A stretch of DNA of 64,000 bases, from contig CM120648.1 of the NCBI GenBank assembly GCA_051362555.1, positions 11,218,587-11,282,586 of the forward strand, written 5' to 3'. The notes below the pieces were generated by a model. The model was not told where the DNA came from, did not search any database, and worked only from the letters and a program-made list of their open reading frames with translations. This document shows, in pieces, positions 40,509 to 51,858 of the stretch (position 1 is its first letter; every line of letters starts with the position of its first letter). Both the position numbers and the translations under genes were made by a program. Origin of the DNA: Lingula anatina (lineage: Eukaryota; Animalia; Brachiopoda).

Positions 40509-40615
40509 ATTCCTGGGGCAAGTCCCATTCCGATTCTGTTCCCCATGGCTGTAATTTCCCTGCAGAAAAATAAGACAAAGAGCACAAATTGTGCACACAA
40601 AGTCAAGACTTCCAT
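40509..40615 (-). CDS. MEGF6: MEGF6-like gene, first coding exon (signal peptide)
   Basis: Minus-strand translation MEVLTLCAQFVLFVLFFCREITAMGNRIGMGLAPG has a hydrophobic signal-peptide-like start. It ends AT|GTAAGT (phase 2) and joins exon 2 in frame to give ...LAPGMPNVC. Confidence 0.85.
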
Positions 40616-41130
40616 CCTGAAGTTTTAAATATCCCTGACCGGTTGAAGAAACGCTGTCTCGAAGATTAAAACTGAGCTTAGCTGGTCGAACGGCTGCCGA
40701 CCGGTGAAATTCCAAACTGAACGAATCCCTGCACAAAAACAATGCACGTTTGAAGTTACCCCTTCTTTGCTTGTTAATCCATCCAGTAGGCCTTCTAAAT
40801 CCAAGCTTTACCCGCTTCGTCCAGTCCGTCTCAATTCTGAACAGATCTGGTGTCTTTTCCGCCGGAACAGTAGTTTTGCCTTCGCTCTGTTGCACTCACT
40901 GTGTCACCCGGCGTCGGATTCGAACACCGTGTTTAACTTGCTAACTCCTACTACTCCGGTTGCACGCGGCGACTGGCGAACTCGGGAAAAGCCTCCAACG
41001 TCACAGCGAGGCCCGGAATCTCCAACGGGTCAAAGGTCAAGTCTCAGCGAGGAGCACCCTGAGTGTCGCAGTCACCGCGGGTGACTCGCAGCTCATAATG
41101 CACACTGTTCAGGTATCCTATATAGAGGGC
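40616..41130 (-). promoter_or_regulatory. Putative MEGF6 5'UTR and core promoter
   Basis: Locally GC/CpG-richer segment directly upstream of the ATG, with a TATA-like CTATATAG at about 41118-41125. The TSS is inferred only. Confidence 0.45.
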
Positions 41131-43582
41131 TGGGTGTCGTCTCATTAAGATTTTCTGGTGGATTATATTTCCCTGTAGAGAGGGATGAAATGAAGAGGTT
41201 AATCAACACGGCAATGTTTATCTTGGCTCTAGACGAGTGAACGTGCAATCAAGTGCGAGGTTGTCGTAGTGAATGAAAATCAGGGTGTCGCTCATATTAC
41301 AGCGACCCGAAAAATGGATCTTTGACAGATTTTTTGGAGTGATTGTTATCTGCTAGGCCTGCTTTATATCAGCTGGCTTCTGTGCTTAAACCCCAAAACG
41401 TGCAATATTACATGTAGTACAGAAAAGATGAAAGCTTGCGAAAAGAATTCTTGCTATTCTCAAATTGGAGGAATAGTATCGTAGTTGAGTATATCCCAGG
41501 GGCAGTCACGTCGCCCCCCTCCCCCCCTCCCAAAAAAAAGGGCATACTAGCTACAAGAACTTTATGAAATTGAATAGTTATTAGCCTGGGTTTAGTAAGG
41601 CATCAATAAAAATTCAGTGAGGGATAGGGTTTATCTATTCAGACGACGTAAGGCCGCGAATAGAAGGATAGTGAAAAGGAAATTGGGTATTACAGAAAAT
41701 AAAAGAGGATAAAAAACAACTTATTAATCAGAAGGCGGACAGAAAACAAAGAAAGTCACACCGTATGTCGACTTTGGCGGTCGACAACACTTTTCTCTGC
41801 AAAACGCACAAATTATTCCTAAGCAGGTCTGCAGGGAAAAGCAAAGCAAAAGAAATCAGTGAGCGGAAAGTATAAAAAGTCGACACAATAACAGACGGGG
41901 TTCAAAGTCCAATTTGAAGGAATTTGTTTTGTATGTCATTGAACTGTCTTTCAGTACGCCTCTAAGCGAGTAGAACGGAATGAAGAGTCTTCTTTTATTA
42001 TTATGTCTTCTGGTCTAGACGTCGCAAGGCGCTGACATATTTGACTCTAACATGCCGAAATCTTTTAAACAAATATAATATGGCTAGTAAAGCTAATTAA
42101 CTAGTGCTCCGAGTAAACTTTTATTGATTATTTATTTATTTATTTGTTTGTTTATTTATTTTTAGTTAAAAAATAATATTGACCCCTCTTCAAACACTTG
42201 AACTCCCAACGTTTATTCTTCAAATCCCAAATCAAAAATAAACGCCGCAAGATATTACCTAAGAAAAAAAAACTGCACCTGCAGCCTCTAAAGGCTTATC
42301 ACGGTTCTGCTATTCTCTGCTACCTATCAATTAAATAACAGCAAATATTCTTTCACTGGTTTACTATTCAGATTACAGTTTACGGTCACGGCAGATGTGA
42401 TAGCGGTGATTGTGGTTGAGAAGACAGCCAAGTCACTACATTGCTATAGACGAGCCTAAAGAACGCAATATGCAATTTTCACATTGTGAGTTCAGAAAAA
42501 AATAAACTTTATTTTATCGTGGGGTATATCTTTCCAGACGATGTTTCATGCAGGTTTTAGGTAGATAAGTTAAGAATCAATGTATACAATAAATCCAATT
42601 TTCCTTTTTTTTCAAAAGTTATGACATCTCATTTCAACTCCACTCTTTCTGAACATAACAGGAGAAAGAAGAAAAAAAAAAACATGAAACATGTTCTTCC
42701 ATTTTCACTTAATGCCTTTAAAGATAAATTTGGAAAAAGTGTATATATATATTAAACATCATTTCTGAATCGAGCTAACCACAAGGACCCTTTTTTTTTA
42801 CTTTTTTTTTTTTTTGGGGGGGGGGGGAGGGCAGTTGCCCCACCCCCAAGGTGATTTTGGAATAGCCTTTTTTGAGGGGATCTTTATCTTATTTAAACTT
42901 TTCCTTTCTCCCATTTCACAAGAAGACTGACTACTACTAAATACAACATTCTACCTGAAGACCTTGGTCCCCTTTAGATTCAGTAATGTGTTGTCTGCAG
43001 CAAATCGTTCATCACACACCTGAAATTGGCAAGTTGTACATAAATTGCCATATTTGGTTTCTACATCCCCGTGCATTCCATTCTTGGTGTAAGTAAGCAT
43101 ATTACTTATGTTATCAAATATATAATAAAATATATACAGAATTGTAGTGTGTTGTAAAATTTGTCAAAAGTCTTCATTAAAAGCGCAAGTCAGTAAGAGT
43201 ACATTTGGTGACCTTTACCTCAAAAGATTATTTTCATGCATGCAAGGTGACTAAAGACCACCGTTTAGTGTGAAAAATGTTTTATTCAATCCATGCCTTA
43301 TAAAGTTGTTTCTTTTGAATAAAAGTTTGGCATTGAATGCCAAGCACATTGGAAATATTAACCGTGCCCCGAGATTTTGGTATCCATATCACAAAACCAT
43401 GACTCAAAATCACAAACAACAGTTATCATTTATGACACTTAAAAGAACCTACTTGTATGTCTTTCTTTTCAGTTTACACCTTAACAGCCTGTTCAAAATA
43501 TCATTGAACAATGATGCACTCAGGTAATAACTTGCACTATTACTGGTAGTGCAGACGTAGCCCAAAAAATTAGCTTTTCAAA

Positions 43583-43626
43583 CATGGACATATAATAAGA
43601 GAAGGCCTTCTCTTATTATGTCCATC
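43583..43626. mobile_element. 44-bp palindromic mini-element (P-like CATG terminus, 7-bp TSD)
   Basis: CATGGACATATAATAAGAGAAGGCCTTCTCTTATTATGTCCATC is a near-perfect palindrome flanked by TTTCAAA on both sides. Confidence 0.65.
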
Positions 43627-43798
43627 TTTCAAATGATTTTTAATTTTCTGTGTGTGTTCAATGGGGCAAAAGTAAAAAATAACGAATTGAAAATTTCTCC
43701 TATGAATGTTTATAAATTCATGTGTTGACTTTGTGAAAAGATCTCTCGCACTTCATGATCTTATGCTCTGACCCCTGCACGAATGAAATCCATGCTAT

Positions 43799-43847
43799 AA
43801 CAAAAAACACTAAACAGGTTAAATGTTCAAGATGTTTATTTTTTATT
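43799..43847 (-). terminator. Candidate polyadenylation site of the 8-TM gene
   Basis: Minus-strand AATAAA (43835-43840, second copy 43842-43847) followed about 20 nt later by a GU/U-rich element TGTTTAGTGTTTTTTGTT. This would give a ~2.4-kb 3'UTR. Other AATAAA hexamers also occur in the interval. Confidence 0.4.
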
Positions 43848-44631
43848 TATATGATCTATATTCATTTATCACATCTAAAGGCAAGGATTTCAAGATTGCA
43901 TTGGGAATATGTATTTTTATGACACAGCTGTAAATATGTATAGATACATGTATTACCATATAACTGACAAACATACAATTGTATAGTATGTTGTACCACT
44001 TAATTTTTAACAAAATGAATTTACATATAAATCTGAAAATCTGACAGAATAATATTAACATGACAGCATCTTTATTTTCCATCTAAACCATACGGACAAA
44101 ACAATTTACTGGATCTATCACTAAAAGTCATAACTAACTACAGTAACTATAACTAGCACAGATTTGAGAAAATTTTGCAGCACACATTTTTTTTTTATTT
44201 TACTTGATTCTTAAACTACTTCTATTACTAATTATTATGATAAAGCATACACATTGTGTAGCAATAACCAGTCACATACAAAGAAATCAAGATCATAAAA
44301 GATTGCATTGCATTGCACAAACAGTCTTGAATATTGAACAACATAACAATTTCAGCAGCACCTTTTCTCACACACTTACCCATAATTGCATTAAATTTTT
44401 TTGTAATTAAAGAAATTATATCAAATATAATACATCTTTGTAAAGTCACAAAAATGAGATCACAAATGGTCCCAAAAAGATTTCCCAACAAACATAAAAC
44501 ACCAAATATTAACAACAAAATCCTCATATCTTAAAATTGATGAAAATTTCTTCTGGATATTAAAATCAAATTAAGAGAGAAGAACAAAACAGGAACATAC
44601 ATAATATATCAAATACTAATATAGGCATTAA

Positions 44632-44889
44632 GGCTTCATTCACATGCAATGTCTATTTTCTAAATTCTATTTTCTATTTGCGGTATGTCTTATGATCACG
44701 GTCTGTGCCCTGAATATCCCGCGGCGTAATTACTGGCAGCGCGAGCCGGTTACTATAAGTTACTGTAAGTAACTGGCTCGCGCTGCCAGTAATTACGCGG
44801 CGGGATATTCAGGGCACAGACCGTGATCATAAGATAGCGCGAATAGAAAATAGATTTTTAGAAAATAGACATTCCATGTGAACGAAGCC
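44632..44889. mobile_element. Fully palindromic PIF/Harbinger-type MITE family B
   Basis: GGCTTCATTCACATG ... CATGTGAACGAAGCC, a near-perfect inverted repeat over its whole length; TAA TSD. Confidence 0.92.
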
Positions 44890-45232
44890 TAAGTCTCTCG
44901 CAAGAGTTTTTTCACTATTTCATGTTCACAGGTCTGCCTTACAATACTGTAAAAATAATATCAAATAATTGCAATTGTACAGCAACAAATTCTGTGGAAA
45001 CTTTGAAAGAGTGATTCTTTCAGAATCTGACACATGACTTGGATTTCTAAAATATATGGAGAGTAATAATACTAATGATTACTGACCTTGGATAAAATGA
45101 ACTGTACAATAATTCTGTACGATCAAAATATACATTTGCAGTTATATCCAAAAATTTCATACGAGCACAAGAAAAAAAAAGCTTGGCACTATCTAAGATA
45201 ATAAAAAAAAATGTTTAAAAGCAAGGTGCTTA

Positions 45233-45608
45233 AACCACCCTTTACACTAGATGGTGTCCTTTCTGTGTCATTTGTGCGGCCACAAAAACCGGCAACATTG
45301 TGGTCATAGAAAGGAGGCACAAGCATCGCTTTAGTTGCAGAATGAATGCCCAATGATCAGCCAGTTGTCGGCATGTTAATTTTTTTACCCAATGGAGCCG
45401 AGATTTAATGACTGTACCCCCGCAGGGACGACACGTGGGGAGGCGTGTGAGAGGCGGAGAGACTATTAGGCGGTTTTTCTTTCATGTACGTCTGCCATAT
45501 TTAGTCCCAGGATTTGTAAAGCCTGGCTCAACTCAATGTGAATGCGGTCTTAAATGTGGCCCTACTATGGGATGCAGAACGGATGCCGTCCAGTGTAAAG
45601 GGGGGCTT
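45233..45608. mobile_element. MITE family E with a nested half-copy of family D (45389-45550)
   Basis: Termini CCCTTTACACTAGA ... TCCAGTGTAAAGGGGGGCTT; the internal block matches one arm of the 5323 element. Confidence 0.82.
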
Positions 45609-46125
45609 TAAATAGTCAAACTCTCTGGAAATGAGTCTGGTGAAGAGTCTGATGTATTTTTATCCACCATCTTCCATTCTACAGAAGCTTTCGCATACTG
45701 TAAACAACAGATCTTTCTGCATTGGAGTAGATCAAAACTGTGAAACATATTCAGTAAAACTGCTTGATGTGAGCTAACAAAATGATAAAATCTTTTATGG
45801 AATAAAATCGAGAACATCAAACTGGATCAACTAGGGTAAATTATTTAGCGCATATATACAAGTCCAGTGCATAACTTATAATAAAGTTTTGTGAAAATTG
45901 CAACATTCAAAGATTCTTTGGAATTTAAAAGTTTGATTTTTTTATACGTGGATTAATATATCTATATTATAGTAAAATATGTCACCTTAATTATTTATTT
46001 TCATTTCCACAGAGATATCTGAATGCATTAATATATTTTATCAAAAACAGAAATTATGGGTCATGTTTGTCATGTGAAAACACACCAACCAAGTTGAAGG
46101 CACATATTGAAGTTTTGTCTTACAC

Positions 46126-46162
<37 letters not shown>

Positions 46163-46202
46163 TTGGCTTGGATTGTCTTAGGACTGGAAAAAAAGGCACT
46201 TT

Positions 46203-46351
46203 CTATGTTTTTTCTTCAGTGGCAACAGGTGGTGGTTCATCATAGGCTTCTGGATTTATGGGTGCATTAGCAGGGTATTGGGCTTGTATTGGGGTTTGAC
46301 TTGTGGCGGCCTCTGGATCATCTTCAATGTCACTGCTAGGACTTCCATATA
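46203..46351 (-). CDS. 8-TM protein exon 8 (acidic, Pro-rich tail and stop)
   Basis: ttgcag|(V)YGSPSSDIEDDPEAATSQTPIQAQYPANAPINPEAYDEPPPVATEEKT-TAG. The total CDS is 1116 nt (371 aa plus stop) with no internal stops. Confidence 0.85.
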
Positions 46352-46989
46352 CTGCAATTCAAATAACAGTTTTAACATTATCAGACCTGTACCAGAAACA
46401 TCTATTCTAACTCATATTTATTTAAAAAGGGGATTTATCATATCAATCTAAATGAGTCAATTTTTCCTACAAATCACGTGTCTCTAATTTTAATTTTGTT
46501 TTTAAAAAGTAACAAAGACATTCAATTAAAACATAAGATGTTTCATATGAGATGAAAAGAGACAAGAGCTTAGAACATTGGACAAGAGTGCAGGTTCTTA
46601 GATCAACTTTTGATCAATTATTACACCACATATATAAATGGGTTTTATCACACTTGTACCCCAAAATGGAAATATTTGTGACACCACTATAATTCCCTCT
46701 TACACAAACTGACACAAAATGTCCAATGTCATTGCATATCACCACATCTTTAAAGCATTTCATGAAAAATTCTCAAATTGACTTGTCCTTGGACTTTCCA
46801 TCTGCTGAAGACACAGTAATTATCTTAAGTTTCAAAACTCCTTCTACTCCTTACATTTTATATTTTAAACACAAAGCAAATATAACTTTCCACAAGTTTT
46901 GAGTCAACATCTTTATGTATTACTTATAAGTGTTTAAATTTACTGAGAAACTGGCATTTAATTTAGTCTAAAATGAGACAAAAACCACA

Positions 46990-47292
46990 ATTACTGAACC
47001 ACAACCACTCCTACTGTACCACAACCAATCCCAGTGTATCACAACCACTGTACAGGTGCCACAACCACTCCCACTACACCACACCACAGTACCACAAATC
47101 TTCCCTATTCCACTGTTCCATAACCACCACCTTCATAAAACAACCACTGCCACCATGTTATAACCACTGTACCACAACCACTGTGCCACATCCACTGTAC
47201 CACAACCATTGCTACTGTACCACAACCACTGCACCACAACCACTGCCACTGTTCCACAACCAGTATGTCACAACCACTGCCACAGTAAACCA
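46990..47292. repeat. CCA-rich minisatellite in intron 7 of the 8-TM gene
   Basis: Many degenerate copies of (T)ACCACAACCACTG. Confidence 0.85.
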
Positions 47293-47346
47293 TTAAGTTG
47301 AACCAGACTACAGTTTTCAAGGCAAGCCAGATATCCAATCTAAAGT

Positions 47347-47514
47347 CAGGCCCGTAGTCAGGGGGGGTTCGGGGGGTTCAAAAGAACCACCCCTTTTGTC
47401 AGGAAAAGGTTAATTTTGGGTAAAATTTGATCTAGGTATACATAAGTTTCATTGTAAAACGTCCACTTTTTCAGAAAAAGAACCCCCCTTTTGAATTTGC
47501 TGGCTACGGGCCTG
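47347..47514 (+). mobile_element. CAG...CTG MITE family G, 5-bp TSD
   Basis: CAGGCCCGTAG ... CTACGGGCCTG with AAAGT TSD. Confidence 0.9.
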
Positions 47515-48417
47515 AAAGTGGTTATTGTACGAGCAGAACTTAAAGCCATATCCATACACAAGTGACTTGTTAGTAAGGACGTTTTGTCTCTGGTGGCGAC
47601 TCAGTCGCTAGTTGGTGGTAATAGTGCGCCTTAGTTGTCTCCTGGGGGTTCAAAGGGGGGTAAGGGGAGCGCCAAAAGTGCTTTATAAATACTGAAAATA
47701 CAACCACATGAGCCCATTAACATGTTAGTTTAGAAACCACAACAGAAGCCACAATCAATGACTAAGGAGACTGTATACAGGATTGCACACAAATTATATA
47801 ATCATAAGCAAATTATGGTATGGGCAGTAGACAGGGAGGGAGGCAGCAATCACCATTCATTAAATGGATAACAACTCTTCGTGTGATATCTATATTTTAC
47901 ATTAAATATATTGTTAACAACTCAAATAAAATAAAATAAAATAATCTATAATAAGGAAACTCCTGTATGCTGCCCCTTCAATTAAAACTATTTCTTCTGC
48001 ACAAACATGACCATGCTGTTATACTTCCTTAGTGGTTATACATTCTGTGGGTTTTTAGTTTTAATATCATTAAATAAAATATATACATATTAGTGTGGTT
48101 TATCACAAATGTTGTGACACTGAATACAGTGTTCTATGCACCTACCCACAACTTCAAACTGGCACCTATCAATCACACAAATAGAAACTGGCATCTATCA
48201 ATCAGACAACTTTATACTAGCAACTTCAATCATCACCTTACCATTTCTGAGGTGGTACACTGACAAATATCCATCTTTTTTATTGTATTGATTTGCATAC
48301 TTGTAGCTGGTGATATATCATTAGAACATACACACACTTCCACTCAACTTATACACTAAATATATATCAAATATATAGAGTGGCCTTGAACATCTTTTTA
48401 ATTTTTTAATTTATTAC

Positions 48418-48574
48418 CTTTTTCTTTGAGCCCAACTCCATAATTTCTGTACACTTTGAAACAGAAGATCAGCAAAATGATGCGTACTATCAGCGCCAAG
48501 CCTGCGCCTACGAAGGTCACTGTGTCTATACTGGTGTCTGGCTCTTGATTTTCATCAGCCACATCTGTAGCTGC
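48418..48574 (-). CDS. 8-TM protein exon 7
   Basis: atttag|AATDVADENQEPDTSIDTVTFVGAGLALIVRIILLIFCFKVYRNYGVGLKEK|gtaata; 157 nt, phase 0/1. Confidence 0.88.
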
Positions 48575-49092
48575 CTAAATTAACAGAAAATTTTTTAATA
48601 TTTCTTTTTCTATGTTTAAAGTATATAGAGAAAAGGAAAAAATGTTTTGCAGTGTGCTATACATGACAATTTCAATACCTTGCAGTAGCATTAATCTATG
48701 TTTCAGCCTAGCAAAGTTAAGAAAAGGGGAGTGGCTGGGTGGGGTTGTCATGCTAACTGTCAACATCTGTTGGTGTCACTTAGCAACCATAATGTAGCTG
48801 ACTTGCAAACTGAAGGCAGTATAACTTTATGAAGACATTTTATAGACTTATCCTTCCTAAGCTTAAGTAAAGCAAATTAACTGATTGTATTTATTTCTAT
48901 CACTTTCATTACTGGTTGAAAATAATTTCAGTATTGGTAACAAACTCAATTTATGATTTTATGAAAGAGGGAGTGGGGTACAAGGTTTTAAAAAAGAATT
49001 TGCCAGGGGCACCAATAGGCCACGTCCAATATGCACCCCCCCCCCCCACCACCACCACCACCACCACCACCACACACATTTTATTTACATAC

Positions 49093-49179
49093 CTGGTATA
49101 CTTTGAAAATAATGTAGCCTGGTTCAAATATAGACGTGGCGAAGAAAATGAATGTTAGAATCTTGTTTTCAAATCTCAC
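49093..49179 (-). CDS. 8-TM protein exon 6
   Basis: ttttag|VRFENKILTFIFFATSIFEPGYIIFKVYQ|gtatgt; 87 nt, phase 0/0. Confidence 0.9.
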
Positions 49180-49258
49180 CTAAAATGAAAATGACGATGC
49201 AAAGAAAACAATTATGATACACCAAAAATGCATTTATGGCAGTAATAACCCTGCATTA

Positions 49259-49289
<31 letters not shown>

Positions 49290-49312
49290 CATGCATGCAT
49301 GTGTGTACTTAC

Positions 49313-49429
49313 AGCAAAATATCCCAGCAGTACCCAAACCACAGTGAAGGCAAACCCTATGGTCAGCACACAGATCCCTAGTGTGCCTGTTGTGTGGCCA
49401 TCTTTCAGAATGAGTATCAGCATACTAGA
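49313..49429 (-). CDS. 8-TM protein exon 5
   Basis: ttccag|SSMLILILKDGHTTGTLGICVLTIGFAFTVVWVLLGYFA|gtaagt; 117 nt, phase 0/0. Confidence 0.9.
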
Positions 49430-49433
49430 CTGG

Positions 49434-49435
49434 AA

Positions 49436-49474
<39 letters not shown>

Positions 49475-49475
49475 A
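49434..49475. repeat. (AAAT)n tetranucleotide repeat abutting the exon 5 acceptor
   Basis: Directly visible. Confidence 0.95.
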
Positions 49476-49781
49476 CAGACTGGCTGGCTGATTGTCTAAC
49501 AAGACTGCAATAAATGATATAATTTTTGATAAATTCTCATCAATAATCATTTTAATTTCAGTTAACTGCATATATAACCATATTCAGAAGAATACTGCCC
49601 GCATGTTGTTTTGCCATCAGTCAAACAACACATATCAGATGAAATTATGAAAAATTCAACAGAAGTTTAAATTCAAGTTATGTCATTGAGATTGAACTTT
49701 TACTGTGGAAACATAGCAAAAAATAAATAAGAAAACAAAGAACAATATCAATTTGGCGTAATGCAATCACTGATCACTCAC

Positions 49782-49967
49782 AGCCATCTGGACATCAAAC
49801 TTGAGAGCTGCCTCCGTAAAGAACAGAGTCTTGCAGGAGTTTTGTAGGTCCTCGCTGGCTCCAACTGTCCTGAATATTAAGTTCCCTGACTGGAAATATG
49901 TGTAAGATACCCAGAGCCCTAAATACACATTCAATGGGACCAGGATAATGGTGAATATGAGCCGTAC
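49782..49967 (-). CDS. 8-TM protein exon 4
   Basis: attcag|VRLIFTIILVPLNVYLGLWVSYTYFQSGNLIFRTVGASEDLQNSCKTLFFTEAALKFDVQMA|gtgagt; 186 nt, phase 0/0. Confidence 0.9.
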
Positions 49968-50296
49968 CTGAATAACAAGGAGTAAAGTATGGATGAAATT
50001 ATTATATTTTACAGGTGTTTTAAAGCAAAAAAAAAAAAAAATCCTAGAAATTTTGAGTGATATTTTTTCCTTAATGATAATCCCCTCTCTTCAAAAAGTG
50101 ATGAAAGAAAAAATTATGAAATTCAATACTTATTAGTGTTGTTCATTTCTCACTTAAGCATCGCACCATAATTCACCCATTTTAATCTCCAGCAAGAGAC
50201 CATCACTCAACAATAAAAAAAAATCAATTTAATATCATTGTTTAAAAAGAAAGGCACCAGGGTTTTGATTTTATGTGAATGGTGGAAAACTCTTAC

Positions 50297-50466
50297 CAGT
50301 TTAACTGTGAACCTAACATCATCTTTCCCATTAGCAATATCTGGATATGTAATGGCAAAGTTGGAACAGACGTACACAATGATGATGACATTGGCAATGA
50401 CAAATATGAAGGTTTCATACGGACGTTCTCTCAGAACCCCTTCCACTACATACAGAAAACAGAAAA
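50297..50466 (-). CDS. 8-TM protein exon 3
   Basis: tttcag|(V)FCFLYVVEGVLRERPYETFIFVIANVIIIVYVCSNFAITYPDIANGKDDVRFTVKL|gtaaga; 170 nt, phase 1/0. Confidence 0.9.
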
Positions 50467-51704
50467 CTGAAAGTGGAAAAGAATTATTATTTTATTTTAA
50501 ATGTTAAGCTGCATTTACAGTTAGGTTGGGTCTTCCCTTCTTAGATCAACTCATCTCTGTGGGCAATATCTAATCAATTTCAATGGGGAGAATCTATTTA
50601 GTGTCTAACCTGGAATCTGGAATTATGCGGCAAGCTTTTAAGTGGATCATCATATTTGATCCATGGATCTATCAATCCACTGTTCTAAATGCACCTAAAG
50701 GGAAAAAAAACAGCAGGGGAGGTATGAAGTCAAGTCTTCAGGCTTTGAACAGGGGCCTGATGCACAAGGAGAACTATAGGAAGTGTTGAACCAATATTTG
50801 TGCACACCCACTAACATTGTACTGCATGGATTATTGTGCAAACATAAAAATGAGCAATTTTTGTCACAAGGAACAATTTGAAAGGAATCAGTGATGTGTA
50901 TAATTTGATGAATAATTTACAAATTTTACAGAAGATGACTAGCTGAAAAAATACTTTAACACTGTGTTTTTTTTTCTTTCAGTCAAAGTGAAGTGTTTAA
51001 AGCATTCAGTGATATGTTAGTTACATATTGATACAACTCTTTGGTTTGGCAGGAAAAGTGCCATAGAACAGTTTTACCTATGGTAAACAACAATTTTCAC
51101 ATACTTTCAAATGATTAATGAATCTGTTCCAACATTTAAAGTTAATCCATTTTTTTTAAAAATTTGTTTTCTGTAATAATCTTATAAGTGATTATTACTG
51201 TGGGTAGCCATCTATGAAAGTCCGCATTGATTCAGGCACAGATTTCAAAACAACAGACATGGGGTAAACTTCTGAGGCACTGAAGATCCAGGGTCCCTGT
51301 TCTAAAAGAATTTGCAAATAATCCTCATTCTATACTGGTCCAAACTAATTTTTTTTTCAAATAGCCTATGTTCACATTTGATTTATTTTTATTTACTAAG
51401 TACTGTATTTTCACTTAAACCTTGCCAGTCCAGAGGACTTGCATTATCAAAAAACTTGCTGGTCCTCTGGCTTTTCAGGTCACTGAGGTGGTAGGTTCCT
51501 CATGTCTGGAACAATTGCCATAACTGCTGGTTTGGTGGTAAAATGGAATTTATCATATTTCTATGTGTTGTTGACAATGTATTTATTGTGGAATTTTAAA
51601 TCTCATATGAAAAGCTGTTATCTCATTATAAACACTATGAATCAGAATTTTTCTAATCTAAATTAATACTGAAAATAAAAGATGCTTCGTTCATGTTTAC
51701 TTAC

Positions 51705-51858
51705 CAGTATTCACAATTATGAGAAGTGCAAAAGTGAAATCATGTCCAGTTTGTGTTGCTGCACTGTAGATGGCGAGACCAAGCGAGGCTAAAAGACTGA
51801 TGATTGCGATGATGAAAAAGGCGATTTCTTTTTTCTCTAAATCCTGCCATGTTCTGGT
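51705..51858 (-). CDS. 8-TM protein exon 2
   Basis: ttccag|TRTWQDLEKKEIAFFIIAIISLLASLGLAIYSAATQTGHDFTFALLIIVNT|gtaagt; 154 nt, phase 0/1. Confidence 0.9.

Noticed and set aside
40905-40975. GTTCGAATCC B-box on the minus strand, suggesting a tRNA or SINE
   Set aside because: The flanks do not form a T-stem or cloverleaf, and no second copy is seen.
40410-41148. Overlapping ORFs up to 161 aa at the MEGF6 5' end
   Set aside because: By-products of the GC-richer UTR/promoter. The real exon is in a different minus-strand frame and splices at 40509.
46973-47338. Thr/His/Pro-rich ORFs resembling a mucin
   Set aside because: Translation of an intronic CCA-rich minisatellite.
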